Part shown: positions 41,258 to 52,042 of the stretch, one piece after another
Numbering within the stretch: the first letter of the stretch is position 1
How the letters are laid out: each line of letters begins with the position of its first letter
Origin: Thecamonas trahens ATCC 50062
Taxonomy: Eukaryota > Protista > Apusomonadida
Reading direction: 5' to 3'
NCBI RefSeq assembly: GCF_000142905.1
Contig: NW_013657674.1
Span: forward strand, 528,709-592,708
DNA length: 64,000 nucleotides
Notes under the pieces: model-generated
What the model was told of the DNA's origin: nothing
Seen by the model: the letters and a program-made list of their open reading frames with translations, nothing else
The model's database searches: none
Program-made: the position numbers and the translations under genes

Positions 41258-42760
41258 ATGTCGAGCCACACTCCGCGCGGGCTCAAGAATCTGGTGGCGC
41301 TCTCGCGGGCGCCCGGGGCCTCGTTCTCGGCTCCGGCGAGCAGCACAGGCAGGCCGGTCGAGGCCAAGGCGGGGATGGGAGCTACTTCCGAGAGTGATGA
41401 CCAGGTGGCGGCCATGCTGGCGGCATCGGATCAGCTCAAAGTCTCGCAAATGCTGGCAACCGCTGGCTTGGCTCCCGAGGAGGCGGCAGAGGCCGCGGCG
41501 GCGGCAGCGGGCGCGAGCGACTCGGCTGGCTCGGCCAGTGGCGCAGCCGCGCGATTGGTCCCGCTCCTGCGGGAGGAGCTCGGCCTTGTCCGCGATCAGC
41601 TGGCGACGGCCGAGAGAAACTTTGAGAGTGTGTCAGCTGCGCACGCGCAAGCGCAGCGTGAGCTGGAAGAGTTGCGCTCGCAGAACGCGGCGCTGGTGTC
41701 CCAAGCGCCCGACGTGGCGGCGGCGGCACTGGCGGCGGCGGCGGCGCAGGAGAAGGTCGACGTGGCGAGTGCAGAAGCTGCAAAGGCCCGCAGCGCGCTG
41801 GCGGCCATCACTAGAGAGCGGGATGCGGCGCAAGCCAAAGTTGCCCATCTTACCAAGGCGCAGGGACTAGCTGCCGAGCAGATCAAGAAGCTCCGCCGCG
41901 AGGCCGCTGACGCCCAATTTGAAAAGGGCAAGCTCGCCTCGCTGGTTGAGGCCTCGCAGCGGCAGAGCTCAGCGCTCAATGCCGAGCTGGCATCGATGGC
42001 AACGTCGCTGACTGTGGCCGAAGCTTCACTCGAATCTGTGCGCAACGAGAACGTGGCGCTCAAGGCGGCACTAGCCGCCGCAGAGGCTCAGGCGGTCGCC
42101 GCCTCGTCCGCTGAGGACGCGGCAGCCCGACTCGACGCCGCACTCGACGAGGCTGCTGCTCTCAAGAGCGAGCTGCTGGAGATGCGGTCGAGTGCACAGG
42201 CTCGCAAGCTCGAGCTCGATGCTGCGCTCGCCGACAAGGACGCCGCCGAGTCGGCACTCGCCTCGCGCGACGCTCGCATTCGGGACCTGATGGCATCGGC
42301 AGCGAGCTCCGCTGACGACGAGGTTCCCGTCTACAACGAGTCCACAGGCGAGAGCAGTCATTCGTCACGCTCGTACGCGCCTGCGCCAGTTATGGCTGCG
42401 CTGGTCAAGGCGCGCGGCGCGCTCCGATCGACACTCGCCGACCTGCTCACAGCCGAACGCGCGGCCGAGTCGTCGCTCACCTGCCTAGTCTGCCTCGGCG
42501 GCCTCAACGAGCCAATTCTCTTCCCGACCTGCGAGCACGTGGTCTGTGAGGGCTGCGCGCCGGCCGATCTTGGCCAGTGTCCCGAGTGTGAGGCGCCGAA
42601 CGAGGCCCGCTTTGCCGGTCCGCTTCGGGTCGACGCGCTCGAGACGCTTGCCTCTAAGTCGCAGTTTAAGCTTCAGTCGCTCCAGGCAGCGAGCGAGCAG
42701 CTGGACGTCTTGTTTGCAGCAGTGTATGCGGCGGTGGGCGCCGGCGCCGTCGAGGAGTAA
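41258..42760 (+). CDS. Coiled-coil protein with C-terminal C3HC4 RING finger
   Basis: CLVC...P....TCEHVVCEGC.......CPEC after a long Ala/Glu heptad region. Confidence 0.85.
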   Translation: MSSHTPRGLKNLVALSRAPGASFSAPASSTGRPVEAKAGMGATSESDDQVAAMLAASDQLKVSQMLATAGLAPEEAAEAAAAAAGASDSAGSASGAAARLVPLLREELGLVRDQLATAERNFESVSAAHAQAQRELEELRSQNAALVSQAPDVAAAALAAAAAQEKVDVASAEAAKARSALAAITRERDAAQAKVAHLTKAQGLAAEQIKKLRREAADAQFEKGKLASLVEASQRQSSALNAELASMATSLTVAEASLESVRNENVALKAALAAAEAQAVAASSAEDAAARLDAALDEAAALKSELLEMRSSAQARKLELDAALADKDAAESALASRDARIRDLMASAASSADDEVPVYNESTGESSHSSRSYAPAPVMAALVKARGALRSTLADLLTAERAAESSLTCLVCLGGLNEPILFPTCEHVVCEGCAPADLGQCPECEAPNEARFAGPLRVDALETLASKSQFKLQSLQAASEQLDVLFAAVYAAVGAGAVEE

Positions 42761-42776
42761 AGTCTCGGAGCGAGCG

Positions 42777-45047
42777 CTAGCGTTCTGGCGAGCGGATGGG
42801 AGGCGTGATGTCGAGGTCAACGTCAACGCCGGCAACAAACGACGGATACGACTCGGCGTTGCCCGAGCCCACGAGCGCGCCTACACGCTCCTCGAGCGAG
42901 CCGAGGTGCGCTGCCTGTTCCGAGATGAGCGGGACAAGGCGGTCGAGAAGGTCGTCGACTTGGGTGTCCTCATCGCGCTGAGCGCGCGCCTTGGACGCGA
43001 CCTTCATGAGGCGGGCAACCTGTGTGCCGAGCTCCTCCACCTGGCCCCGCTGCTCGTCGTAACGAGCCTCGGCAGCGCGGAGCTTCTCCAGTGCCGCAGC
43101 CTTGTGGCTTCGGATGGTGCCCTGCAGCGAGGCAATACGCTCGTCGGTCCGTTGCTGCAGCCGCGCGAGCTTGTGGGTGAGAGAGTCGATCTGGGTCGCG
43201 CGCTCGCGAAGCTCGTCCTCAAGCTGCACAATGGTGCGCTCGGCCTTGAACCGCCGCTCGCGCTCGGCAATGAGCGCACGCGAGGCCTCGTTCTCGCCGT
43301 CCGACGCCGCCAATCGCGCCGCGTCAAGCTCGCGGGCTAGCTCGTCGACCCGCTCGCGGTGGGTCACCAGCACCTGCATCTTCTCGCGCTTTGCCTGGAG
43401 GAGGGCAGTGCGGAGCGTGCCAGTTGCGGTCTCGCTCACCGCTGGCACCTCGCCGTGAGTCGCGTACACCATGGCGTGCGGGCCGCGCTTCTCGACTTGA
43501 AGTGCCCGGACTTGCGCCCGCAGTGCGGCGATGATGCCCTCCTGCTCAGCAAGCAGCGCCCGGGTGTGTGCGGCCTTGGCCTTGGCGGCGTCGGCGGAGG
43601 AGAGCTGAGGCGTAGGCGGCAACGAAGGCTCGAGTTCGTCGAGGACGGCGTAAGCGCGCGCGACCGCGCCGACGTTGACCGCCAGCTGCGCGGCAAAAAA
43701 CTCGAGTGGGGTCCGCCGGCGGTCGCCATTGAGACAGACGACGGCCGAGACGGCGCCGGCGGCCCACGAAGGCATCAGCGCCTTGGTCAGCCAATGCGAG
43801 CGATAGTCGATGCCGGGCGTCCGCCCGCTGCCGTCGGGCGATGCCAACGAGCCGGCGTACATGGCAAGATGCCGCGCCTCGGCAAACGCTGCCCGCGCTG
43901 TCGGCGACTCGTGCCCGCCCACTCCAGCAACCACAACAAAGGTCGCCGAGCCGCCGCGGTCGAGGCTCAGTACAACTACCAGGTGAGCCTCGGGTGACAA
44001 GGTCTCGCGATCGAGGGACACGTTCATGTACCCGAGCGTGAGCACATTCTCGACCTCGTCGACCGAGGCGACAGCAACTCGCGAGAGTCCCGCCAGCGTT
44101 GTGTGTCCCTCGTCGTACTCGAGCACCGCCCGGTGCGGCTTGACGTGCTCAGCGTTGTTCGGCTCCCCGTCATGAGCTCCGCGGACCGTCACCGGATCAG
44201 CGTAATGCGACGATGCTCGCTGTGACTGCAGCCGGTCGCGCGTAACCAGGTCGCGCGGCGCGCCGCTCCCAATCTCGTACATGGCCATGCGAAGAGCACC
44301 GCGTTCGAGGAGCGCCGCCGCCGCGTAGTGCACCGCGCCGCCGGACGGCGTCAGCGGCCCGCCACCGAGAACATCGTCTCTCCCCAGCGCCCAGAGCCGC
44401 GCCGGCGCGCCAGCAGCCACCACCACTGCGGCATCTGCTCCTTCCACGGAAGCCCTTGCCACGGCTGGAGCCACAGCAGCCGCAAATGCAGCCTCTGCCA
44501 GGGCCAACTCCGAGTCGACGACCACTAGAGCGCCATCGCCCGCCGTCGCCGCCGTTGCTACAGACCCCTGATCGGCAGTAGCTCCTGGCCGCGCCGAGAG
44601 CGTCGATGAGGCAAGCGAAGTCGGTGAAGCAGGCGCAGCAGATGAAGCAGCAGCAAGCTCCTCTGCTCTACCTCGAGACGACGGGGCAATGCCATCCACA
44701 GCCGCCACCAGGGCATCCAGCTCAAAGGTCCGATTCTCTGTGTGTGAGCTCTTGCTGCTGCTGCTCTTGCTGCTCTTGCTGCTGTTGCTCTTGCTGCTGC
44801 TGCTCTTGCTGCTATGCTTGTTGCTATGCTTGCGGGATCGATGCCCATCTGAGCGAGATGATGATGCTGCTTTTGCTGCTGTTGTTGCTGCCGATGATGA
44901 TGGGTGGGCATGAGGGTGGGGGTGGGGGTGGGAAGGGGTAGGGGTAGTCTCTGCCTGAGGCACGGGAAGGACGAGGGAGGAAGGGCCCTCGACTCGGCAG
45001 ACAGAGTCGCCCCATGGGCATGGGTAGAGCACCCCGACAGTGGGCAT
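42777..45047 (-). CDS. Divergent kinesin-like protein (degenerate motor domain + coiled coil)
   Basis: RTFELDA, SVEGADAAVVVAAG, MYEI, LAGLSRVAVASVDEVENVLTLG, AHLVVVLSL, IDYRSHWLTKALMPS occur in kinesin motif order. No P-loop. Start uncertain. Confidence 0.6.
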   Translation of the reverse strand: MPTVGVLYPCPWGDSVCRVEGPSSLVLPVPQAETTPTPSHPHPHPHAHPSSSAATTAAKAASSSRSDGHRSRKHSNKHSSKSSSSKSNSSKSSKSSSSKSSHTENRTFELDALVAAVDGIAPSSRGRAEELAAASSAAPASPTSLASSTLSARPGATADQGSVATAATAGDGALVVVDSELALAEAAFAAAVAPAVARASVEGADAAVVVAAGAPARLWALGRDDVLGGGPLTPSGGAVHYAAAALLERGALRMAMYEIGSGAPRDLVTRDRLQSQRASSHYADPVTVRGAHDGEPNNAEHVKPHRAVLEYDEGHTTLAGLSRVAVASVDEVENVLTLGYMNVSLDRETLSPEAHLVVVLSLDRGGSATFVVVAGVGGHESPTARAAFAEARHLAMYAGSLASPDGSGRTPGIDYRSHWLTKALMPSWAAGAVSAVVCLNGDRRRTPLEFFAAQLAVNVGAVARAYAVLDELEPSLPPTPQLSSADAAKAKAAHTRALLAEQEGIIAALRAQVRALQVEKRGPHAMVYATHGEVPAVSETATGTLRTALLQAKREKMQVLVTHRERVDELARELDAARLAASDGENEASRALIAERERRFKAERTIVQLEDELRERATQIDSLTHKLARLQQRTDERIASLQGTIRSHKAAALEKLRAAEARYDEQRGQVEELGTQVARLMKVASKARAQRDEDTQVDDLLDRLVPLISEQAAHLGSLEERVGALVGSGNAESYPSFVAGVDVDLDITPPIRSPER

Positions 45048-46015
45048 GACAGGGGGGGAGGGGGGATGAGGGGAAGGGGGTGGGTTGGGGTGGGGTGGTG
45101 GCGGTGACCGGTTGGCGCGGCGTTTGGTCGGTTAGTCGGTTGGTCGGCAGCTGGTCGGCGGCCGGTCGGTGGCCGGTCGGTTGACGGCCAGGTCGTTGAT
45201 GCTGCTCACGGGCTGCAGCTCACGGCTGCTGTACAAGTTCGATGGAGGTGCCGCTCGTTCGAGTGTGGGTGTTTGCGTGAGAGATCCGCTGCAATGCTGC
45301 ACTCAAGTCGCTGCTGCAGCCAACGCTGGGCCCAGTCGGGTGTGCCCGAGTTGCCCGGCGCCGTTGCATGACCTACGATCATTTCGAGGCCCTCTGAGGG
45401 GAGGGGACGCAGCCAAGCTTGGGTTCTCATCGACGCAACGGCGCCGATCCTGTCATGGTCGTATGGGCTGGCGGTGCCGGTAAAGTGGGTGTGGGGCGCA
45501 GATGTGAGCAGATTGATTCGCGCTAGACTACCACTCATCGCGTCGGTGGCCGCTTGCTGGACCTTTCCAGCTTGTCCTCAACTCCTTGACCGCGCCATCC
45601 AGGCTCGGCTTGGGGAGCACGACATGGCATCGCGCGTCGGGCGTCCATTGAAGGCCCTCTGGAGAAGGTGGGTGCTCGCTCGAGTGCGGATCAACGACGC
45701 CTCGCACACACACACCTCGCTTTCACGCCAACGCCGACGGGTTGGCGTCGGGTCTGGTCGCATCCCCAAGCTTGTCGGCAAGCATATCAGATAGCACACA
45801 TGAGGGGTGCAAGGGTGTTGCCACGGACTTTGTCGCGGCGTAGACGACTCTCGCGCTCACATCACGCCAGCTCGACGCCGTCAACGCAGCACCCACGATA
45901 CCTCCCCGACCGGTAAGATAAAGTCGAAGCTCGACTTTGTCGGGCCGCTCGACCGGCTCCTCGTGTCGATCAGCCTGGTTGACGCCAGCATCGCTCTGGG
46001 CTGCATAAACAGAAG

Positions 46016-46810
46016 TTATGCCCGCGCAAAGCACCGCGCCACGCCAGCGTCTACAAATCCAAGCGAGGAGTAGAGGCCCGCGCCGTCGGGCGAGCTCTGC
46101 AGCGACGCCGTCTCGGCTCCGGCGCCAGCTGCCTCCACCAGCACCGACGCGAGCATCGCCCTCGCCAGCCCACGCCGCCGCCATTCTGCCGCAGTTGCCA
46201 TGCAGTAGATGCCGACGTCGCCATCGTGAGCAACCGTCACCATCACGCTCACAAATGCTCCCTCCCGCACCACGCCAAATGCGGTCGCCGCGGTCTCGGC
46301 CGGCATCGCTGCGAGGACGGCTTCAAACGCCGGATCGTCGTAAGCTGTTGCGCAGAGCGTGCCAACCTCGGCCATGCTCGGCCTTGTCACCTTCACATCA
46401 TCCGATGTCCAAGCCTCCAGCCCAGCCAATGCGCCAGCTTTGTGAAGATCCAGAGCCATGCACGGCATGGCGTACTCGACCAGTTCGATCCGCCCAACAG
46501 CGATCACACCACATTCGATCTCGGCCTCTTGCGACGGCGCCCAGATCCAGATCAGCGCCGGCTCGCACCCTGACTCGGACTCTGAGCCACGTTGTGGCAG
46601 AGGTCGACTCGGATCAGGCCAAACTGCCGATGAGAAAAAGTCTGCGTTGTCGATCTGGGTCACCACTGCGCCGACGAGCCCAGGTGCCTCGCAGCATACG
46701 CCTTCACCCTCTCCACCAATGCGCACACCCACACCCTCGCCAAAGGCAGCAAACGCCTCACCCATGGTCTTCATGCCCCTTTTCGCCACCGTCGACATGC
46801 TTGCGGCCAT
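46016..46810 (-). CDS. GNAT family N-acetyltransferase (bacterial-like)
   Basis: VGIYCMATAAEWRRRGLARAML...LQSSPDGAGLYSSLGF. Confidence 0.85.
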   Translation of the reverse strand: MAASMSTVAKRGMKTMGEAFAAFGEGVGVRIGGEGEGVCCEAPGLVGAVVTQIDNADFFSSAVWPDPSRPLPQRGSESESGCEPALIWIWAPSQEAEIECGVIAVGRIELVEYAMPCMALDLHKAGALAGLEAWTSDDVKVTRPSMAEVGTLCATAYDDPAFEAVLAAMPAETAATAFGVVREGAFVSVMVTVAHDGDVGIYCMATAAEWRRRGLARAMLASVLVEAAGAGAETASLQSSPDGAGLYSSLGFVDAGVARCFARA

Positions 46811-47436
46811 TTCCGCTGCTTCGAGCTGTCTCTCGAGCTGTCGCGCTCCGAGATGAGTGCATGATACTCCTGTGCGATTCCCTCCGCCTCGACGCACTCC
46901 CTCACGTTGGCGACGTCACGCACCGCGCCGTCGCCAAACGGCCGAGATCATCCTCCGCTAATGCACTGCTTCGCATGTACATTAGAGTGTACGACATCGG
47001 TGAGCCAGCTTGGTGCACCGACGTTGCCCTGCTGCCGCTCTTCATCGAGCCCGAGTACCTTCGCCCCCTGCTTGACATCGGCGGACCGTCGGTGGAGTGG
47101 CAGCTTCTTCCTCGTCTCGCGCACCAGCGCCAACAGTGTCAACAGCACTCGCACCAGGCTTATCGCAGACAATGACGCCATCAACGTTGCTGTGCTCGCT
47201 ACCGGAGTCATCAACCACGCACGTGAGCTTGGTGTCGAAGTCGACACGGTCGTCCGTGCACGCGTCGGTTCAAGGCAGTTCGACGTGCTCCTTCGCGTTG
47301 TGCGTGAGCGTCTGCGGTAGAGAAAGAACCCAAAACGTGGTAGCAGTGCGGTGGGAGGAGAGGGATTGCCGATGTAGTCGACTACAAAGCTTGCAAGAGG
47401 ATTGATGTGGTGATCATCTCAGCGGATCTGGGCGGG

Positions 47437-48662
47437 AACGCTCCGCCGAGTTTCGCCCCCAACCTGGATCCAGAGCCTGACGTACAGACTCGTCTCGACC
47501 CAACCTAGCAGGACGTGTCCGGTGGTGGGGGCGGTGATGGCTAGTGAAAGAGTCGGAGACGATCTGTATCTAGGCATTGATGTGTCGACGACTGGGATCA
47601 AGGTTGCGGCGTGCACGGATGACGGCCATGTGGCGGCGACGGCGTCGGTGCGGTTCGACGACGATCTGCCTCAGTATGGGACCTACGGCGGAGTCCATAC
47701 CTTTGATGACGGCCGCGTCTCTGCTCCGCTAGCCATGTATGTCGACGGTCTTGTTCTGGCGCTGGATCGGGCGGCGGAGAGGTTTGGCGCCAACGCGATG
47801 GCGGCGGTGGCTGGGCTCGGCCTCTGCGCGGCGCAGCACTCGGTAGTCCTGCTTGCCACCGACGACATGGCGAGCGCGGCCGGTGACGACGCGCCGAACG
47901 GGGCGAGGATCGTGGCCGAGTGCGCGGCGTCGGCAGATGTGCCGTCGTGGATGGACGCGTCATANNNNNNNNNNNNNNNNNNNNNNNNNNNNNNNNNNNN
48001 NNNNNNNNNNNNNNNNNNNNNNNNNNNNNNNNNNNNNNNNNNNNNNNNNNNNNNNNNNNNNNNNNNNNNNNNNNNNNNNNNNNNNNNNNNNNNNNNNNNN
48101 NNNNNNNNNNNNNNNNNNNNNNNNNNNNNNNNNNNNAACGCTCCGCCGAGTTTCGCCCCCAACCTGGATCCAGAGCCTGACGTACAGACTCGTCTCGACC
48201 CAACCTAGCAGGACGTGTCCGGTGGTGGGGGCGGTGATGGCTAGTGAAAGAGTCGGAGACGATCTGTATCTAGGCATTGATGTGTCGACGACTGGGATCA
48301 AGGTTGCGGCGTGCACGGATGACGGCCATGTGGCGGCGACGGCGTCGGTGCGGTTCGACGACGATCTGCCTCAGTATGGGACCTACGGCGGAGTCCATAC
48401 CTTTGATGACGGCCGCGTCTCTGCTCCGCTAGCCATGTATGTCGACGGTCTTGTTCTGGCGCTGGATCGGGCGGCGGAGAGGTTTGGCGCCAACGCGATG
48501 GCGGCGGTGGCTGGGCTCGGCCTCTGCGCGGCGCAGCACTCGGTAGTCCTGCTTGCCACCGACGACATGGCGAGCGCGGCCGGTGACGACGCGCCGAACG
48601 GGGCGAGGATCGTGGCCGAGTGCGCGGCGTCGGCAGATGTGCCGTCGTGGATGGACGCGTCA
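47437..48662 (+). repeat. Exact 526-bp direct duplication (47437-47962 = 48137-48662) flanking N-gap 47965-48136; probable scaffolding artefact
   Basis: Identical sequence at a 700-bp offset on both sides of the gap. Confidence 0.9.
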
Positions 48663-49856
48663 CCCGAGGCGGTGGCCGGAGCAGCGGTGCTCGCGGAGGC
48701 CGCGGGCGGGAGGGCGGCGCTGGCGGCGCGGACCGGCTCGCCGCCGTCGGCGCGATTCTCCGGGCCGCAACTGTGGGCAGTGAGGACGCGTTCGAGTGCA
48801 ACGCTGAAGGCCACGGCTCACGTCCGGCTGCTCTCGGCCGCGCTGACGTCTGTGCTCGCCGGCAAGCTGGTGGCCAACGACGCGGCGGACGGGTCGGGCA
48901 CCCACTTGCTCGAGCTGAGCACCCGGGCGTGGGCGAGCGAGTTGTGCGAGGCAGCCGCGCCTGGACTGGAAGCCAAGCTCGGGCCGGTTGCGGACGGATG
49001 CGAGGCCGTGGGCCGGGTCGCACCCTGGCTCGTCGCGCGGTACGGGCTGAGGGCAGACGTGCTTGTGGCGCCGGGCACGGGCGACAACCCGAGCGTGGTG
49101 GCTGGCCTCGGGCTCTCACGGACGCAGGTTGCGCTCTCGCTGGGGACATCAGACACACTCCTGGGGTTGTCCGATGCCGTGATTGCGTCCGACGCCGCGT
49201 CAGTCTTCTGTGCGCCCGAGCCCGCCAACGTGCACGCGCCATACATGGCGCTGCTGGTGTGTGCGAACGGATCGCGGACGCGGGCGCGGCTGGCGCGAGC
49301 ACTGGTGGCCGAGACCGAGAGTGACGAGGCAGCATGGGCTGCGTTTGATGCGGCGCTAGCAGATGCACAGCTACACGGACGCGGGTATGCGCTCTTTGCA
49401 GACGTGGCGGAGATCCTGCCGCCGACGGCGGCGGGCGAGCCGCAGCGATGGGATGCCGACGGCGCCTGTTTGAGTGACGCGCCTGTGGATCCTGGCCTTG
49501 ATGCCGTTCAGGCCGTGGAGAGCCGGGCTCTGGTGATGGCTCAAGCCGCGAGCTCGGTGGGAATCGAGTTGTCGGCTGCCGATGTTGCTGTGGCGGTCGG
49601 CGGCGGGGCGGCGTCGGACGCAATGCTGCAGCTGTTTGCCGACATCATGGGAGTACGCGTGGCGCGACCGGTCCACGGGGCGCACGGCGCGGCGATGGGT
49701 GCGGCACGGCGGGGAGCGACTGCGTGCGGCGTACCTCCAGACCGGTGGGCACCGAGGCTAGAGGCTGCACGGACGCCGCGGACGGCGACGGTGCATCGGT
49801 CGGCGGCGTGGCGGAGACGCGGTGCAGCGGCAATGGGCCTGTCGAGCAGAGAGTAG
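48237..49856 (+). CDS. XYLB: Xylulose kinase (FGGY family, eukaryotic XYLB type)
   Basis: LYLGIDVSTTGIK, VRFDDDLPQYGT.GGV, QHSVV, WMDAS, TGS....RFSGPQ, DGSGT, TGDNP, SLGTSDT, NGSRTR, GGGAAS. Confidence 0.9.
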   Translation: MASERVGDDLYLGIDVSTTGIKVAACTDDGHVAATASVRFDDDLPQYGTYGGVHTFDDGRVSAPLAMYVDGLVLALDRAAERFGANAMAAVAGLGLCAAQHSVVLLATDDMASAAGDDAPNGARIVAECAASADVPSWMDASPEAVAGAAVLAEAAGGRAALAARTGSPPSARFSGPQLWAVRTRSSATLKATAHVRLLSAALTSVLAGKLVANDAADGSGTHLLELSTRAWASELCEAAAPGLEAKLGPVADGCEAVGRVAPWLVARYGLRADVLVAPGTGDNPSVVAGLGLSRTQVALSLGTSDTLLGLSDAVIASDAASVFCAPEPANVHAPYMALLVCANGSRTRARLARALVAETESDEAAWAAFDAALADAQLHGRGYALFADVAEILPPTAAGEPQRWDADGACLSDAPVDPGLDAVQAVESRALVMAQAASSVGIELSAADVAVAVGGGAASDAMLQLFADIMGVRVARPVHGAHGAAMGAARRGATACGVPPDRWAPRLEAARTPRTATVHRSAAWRRRGAAAMGLSSRE

Positions 49857-49886
49857 AGCGCAGGCTTTGTTACATTGTTGGCAGCG

Positions 49887-50967
49887 CTACGAGAGGGCAA
49901 AGAGAACGCCGGCAGCGGCGGAGAAGACCGAGGCGATGACGTCAAACGAGAAGGAGAAGCCCGGTGAGAGGTCGCCGAGCGGGGTCTCGAGCTGCGAGTT
50001 GTTGACGTGGAGCACAATGGAGGCATACAGCAGCCAGGCCAAGGTTGTGAAGAAGCAGAAAACAAAGGCGCCGAGCATGGAAATGAGCTTAGACTTGCTG
50101 CCGATGCCGAGGGCGAGCGGGAAGGACATGACCACAGCGGCCGCGCCCGGTACAAGGGCCAAGAACAGCATGGAGAACGAGGCCTTGCCACCCGACGACA
50201 CCGAACCGCCGTGGAACTGCTCCAGCGGGGAGCCGGTTCCGGACTTCTTGCCATTGTGGATGATAGAGCACGCGCCGCCGCCGCCCGATCCGCTCGGGCA
50301 CATCCAGAGCAGGCCCAGGAAGACCGACGAAGCGCCGTGCGGCTGATGGAGGACGGCCCAGTTGATGGTGCCTGCCGCGACGAGGGCAAACAGGAATGCA
50401 AACTGTAGGGAGATGATGAGCGGCATGAGTAGACAACCAGCATAGCGTTGACGATCAGCATGGCGTTGACGATCAGCAAGGGGTCGACGATCAGCAATGG
50501 GTGGACGATCAGCAAGGGGTCGACGATCAGCAATGGGTGGACGATCAGCAAGGGGTGACGATCAGCAATGGGTGGACGACCAGCAAGGGGTGGACGACCA
50601 GCACGGGGTTGACGATCAGCAAGGGGTCGACGATCAGCAAGGGGTGGACGACCAGCGAGGGGTCAATGACCAGCACGGCCAGCAGCGCAGAAGGATGAGC
50701 AGAAGAGAGCGATAGTGGGGAGCAGGCGATGGCGGGCAGCAGCACAGGTCGGCGAGCATTCAGCATGAGAGAGCGGAAGGGTACCAGCATGCGATGGCGG
50801 GCAGACAGCAGTCCATGGGTGAGTCATGCAGGGGAGGGAGTGACGACGGTGGTCTTTCTTGCATCCCCCGGGGCTGCGAGGCTGTGAGGGAGAGGGGCCA
50901 CAAGCGGGAGCAGAAGACGTACCAACATGAGAAAAGCGCCAACGAGGGCCTTTGTCTTGACAGCCAT
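49887..50967 (-). CDS. Claudin/PMP22-like tetraspan protein; exons 50923-50967 and 49887-50402
   Basis: Intron 50403-50922 (GTACGT...CTACAG) gives MAVKTKALVGAFLML|FAFLFALVAAGTINW...LGLLWMC...C (W-GLW-C-C-like signature). Four TM segments; GFSF before TM4. Confidence 0.75.
50448..50680. repeat. Intronic 18-bp minisatellite (GACGATCAGCAAGGGGTC-like)
   Basis: About 12 degenerate copies inside the claudin-like intron. Confidence 0.9.
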
Positions 50968-51216
50968 GATGCAGGTGCTGGTCGAGATGGGTGAAGTGAG
51001 GTCCTCATAACCGCTCTTTCTCCATAGCCCTCTTCGTGAGGTTGGGCGGGGAAGAGGGGGAAAAAGGCGGTAGTGTGCGTGCGCACGTGCGATTCGCAGC
51101 TTACCCCACGCCTACACTCCCAACCGCACACCGCACACACGCACGCGCCACGGTCCCACACACCCCGACACCTCTCGCTATTGATGGACCCTACTTTGAC
51201 AGACCCTCTTCCGAAC

Positions 51217-52023
51217 ATGGCATCCACTACTGCGACTGAGCCCGGCACTGACGGTCGTCTGGCCCCCAATGGCGTACGTGTGGACGAGCGAGTTTGATCA
51301 CGAGCTGATCGCGATCCACGCCTGCGAACATGACGACGAGCACTCACCGCCCTTCCCCTCGTACAGAACTATGGCGCCAGTGACGCGACGCCGGCAGTGG
51401 TCGCGGTCAATGTGTCGGCAACCAAGGAAAATGCACCGTTGCTTGCCGGAGGTGCGGCCAGCCAGGCTGAGAACGGACAGACCGCAGCGGTAGCGACGAC
51501 AGGCAGCCACGGTGGGCGGTCGGCCGGATCGGGCAGCGAGGGCGAGGCCGTGCTCGGCGTGGCGCCCAAGGTTGCGCTTGCCTCGCTGTACACCTTTGCG
51601 GTCCTTGTTGCGCACTTTTTCCTGGCGACGACAGGCATCCTGCTGATGAAGGAGTCATACTCGCTCCCGTACAACGCGGGCTACTTTTACTTTACGCTGG
51701 CATTTGTTGCCGGTGCGCTGGCCATTCCGATCTTGCTTGTGGTCTCGATGAAGGCGTCGGGCGAGGTGACATGCCATCCGGGCGAGTACTCGTGGATCAT
51801 GCTTGGCCGGCTGGTGACGCTCGCACTGTACGTGCTCTCGCTCGGCTATGGTGGCTACTTTGTGCTCTCTGTCACTGGCTCGGGCTGCGCCACCAACATC
51901 CAAGCGTGCGGAACGAGTACCAAGGATCTGGTTCAGTACATGGTGTACTTTATGCTCTGCGGCGTGCTCGCCATCTGGGACGCATGCTTCAGCTCGCGCT
52001 ACCGCGGGCGCAACCCGTACTAA
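51217..52023 (+). CDS. Four-TM hypothetical protein; exons 51217-51273 and 51367-52023
   Basis: In-phase intron 51274-51366 (GTACGT...CTCAC...CAG). Four hydrophobic helices; ENAPLL dileucine-type motif in the N-terminal tail. Confidence 0.7.
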
Positions 52024-52042
52024 AACGCCACCGTTGCTGCCG

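Noticed and set aside
45917-45941. Hairpin GATAAAGTCGA-AGC-TCGACTTTGTC
   Set aside because: A single short inverted repeat with no context indicating a terminator or ncRNA in a eukaryote.
46960-47320. Possible small gene (MYIRVYDIGEPAW... / DNDAINVAVLATG...)
   Set aside because: Split across frames with no recognisable family; insufficient support.
47437-47962. Apparent second xylulokinase copy or tandem duplication
   Set aside because: Identical to 48137-48662 and abutting an N-gap; best explained as unmerged contig overlap.
50448-50700. ORFs made of VDDQQG or LLIVDP repeats
   Set aside because: They are translations of a minisatellite lying inside the inferred claudin-like intron.
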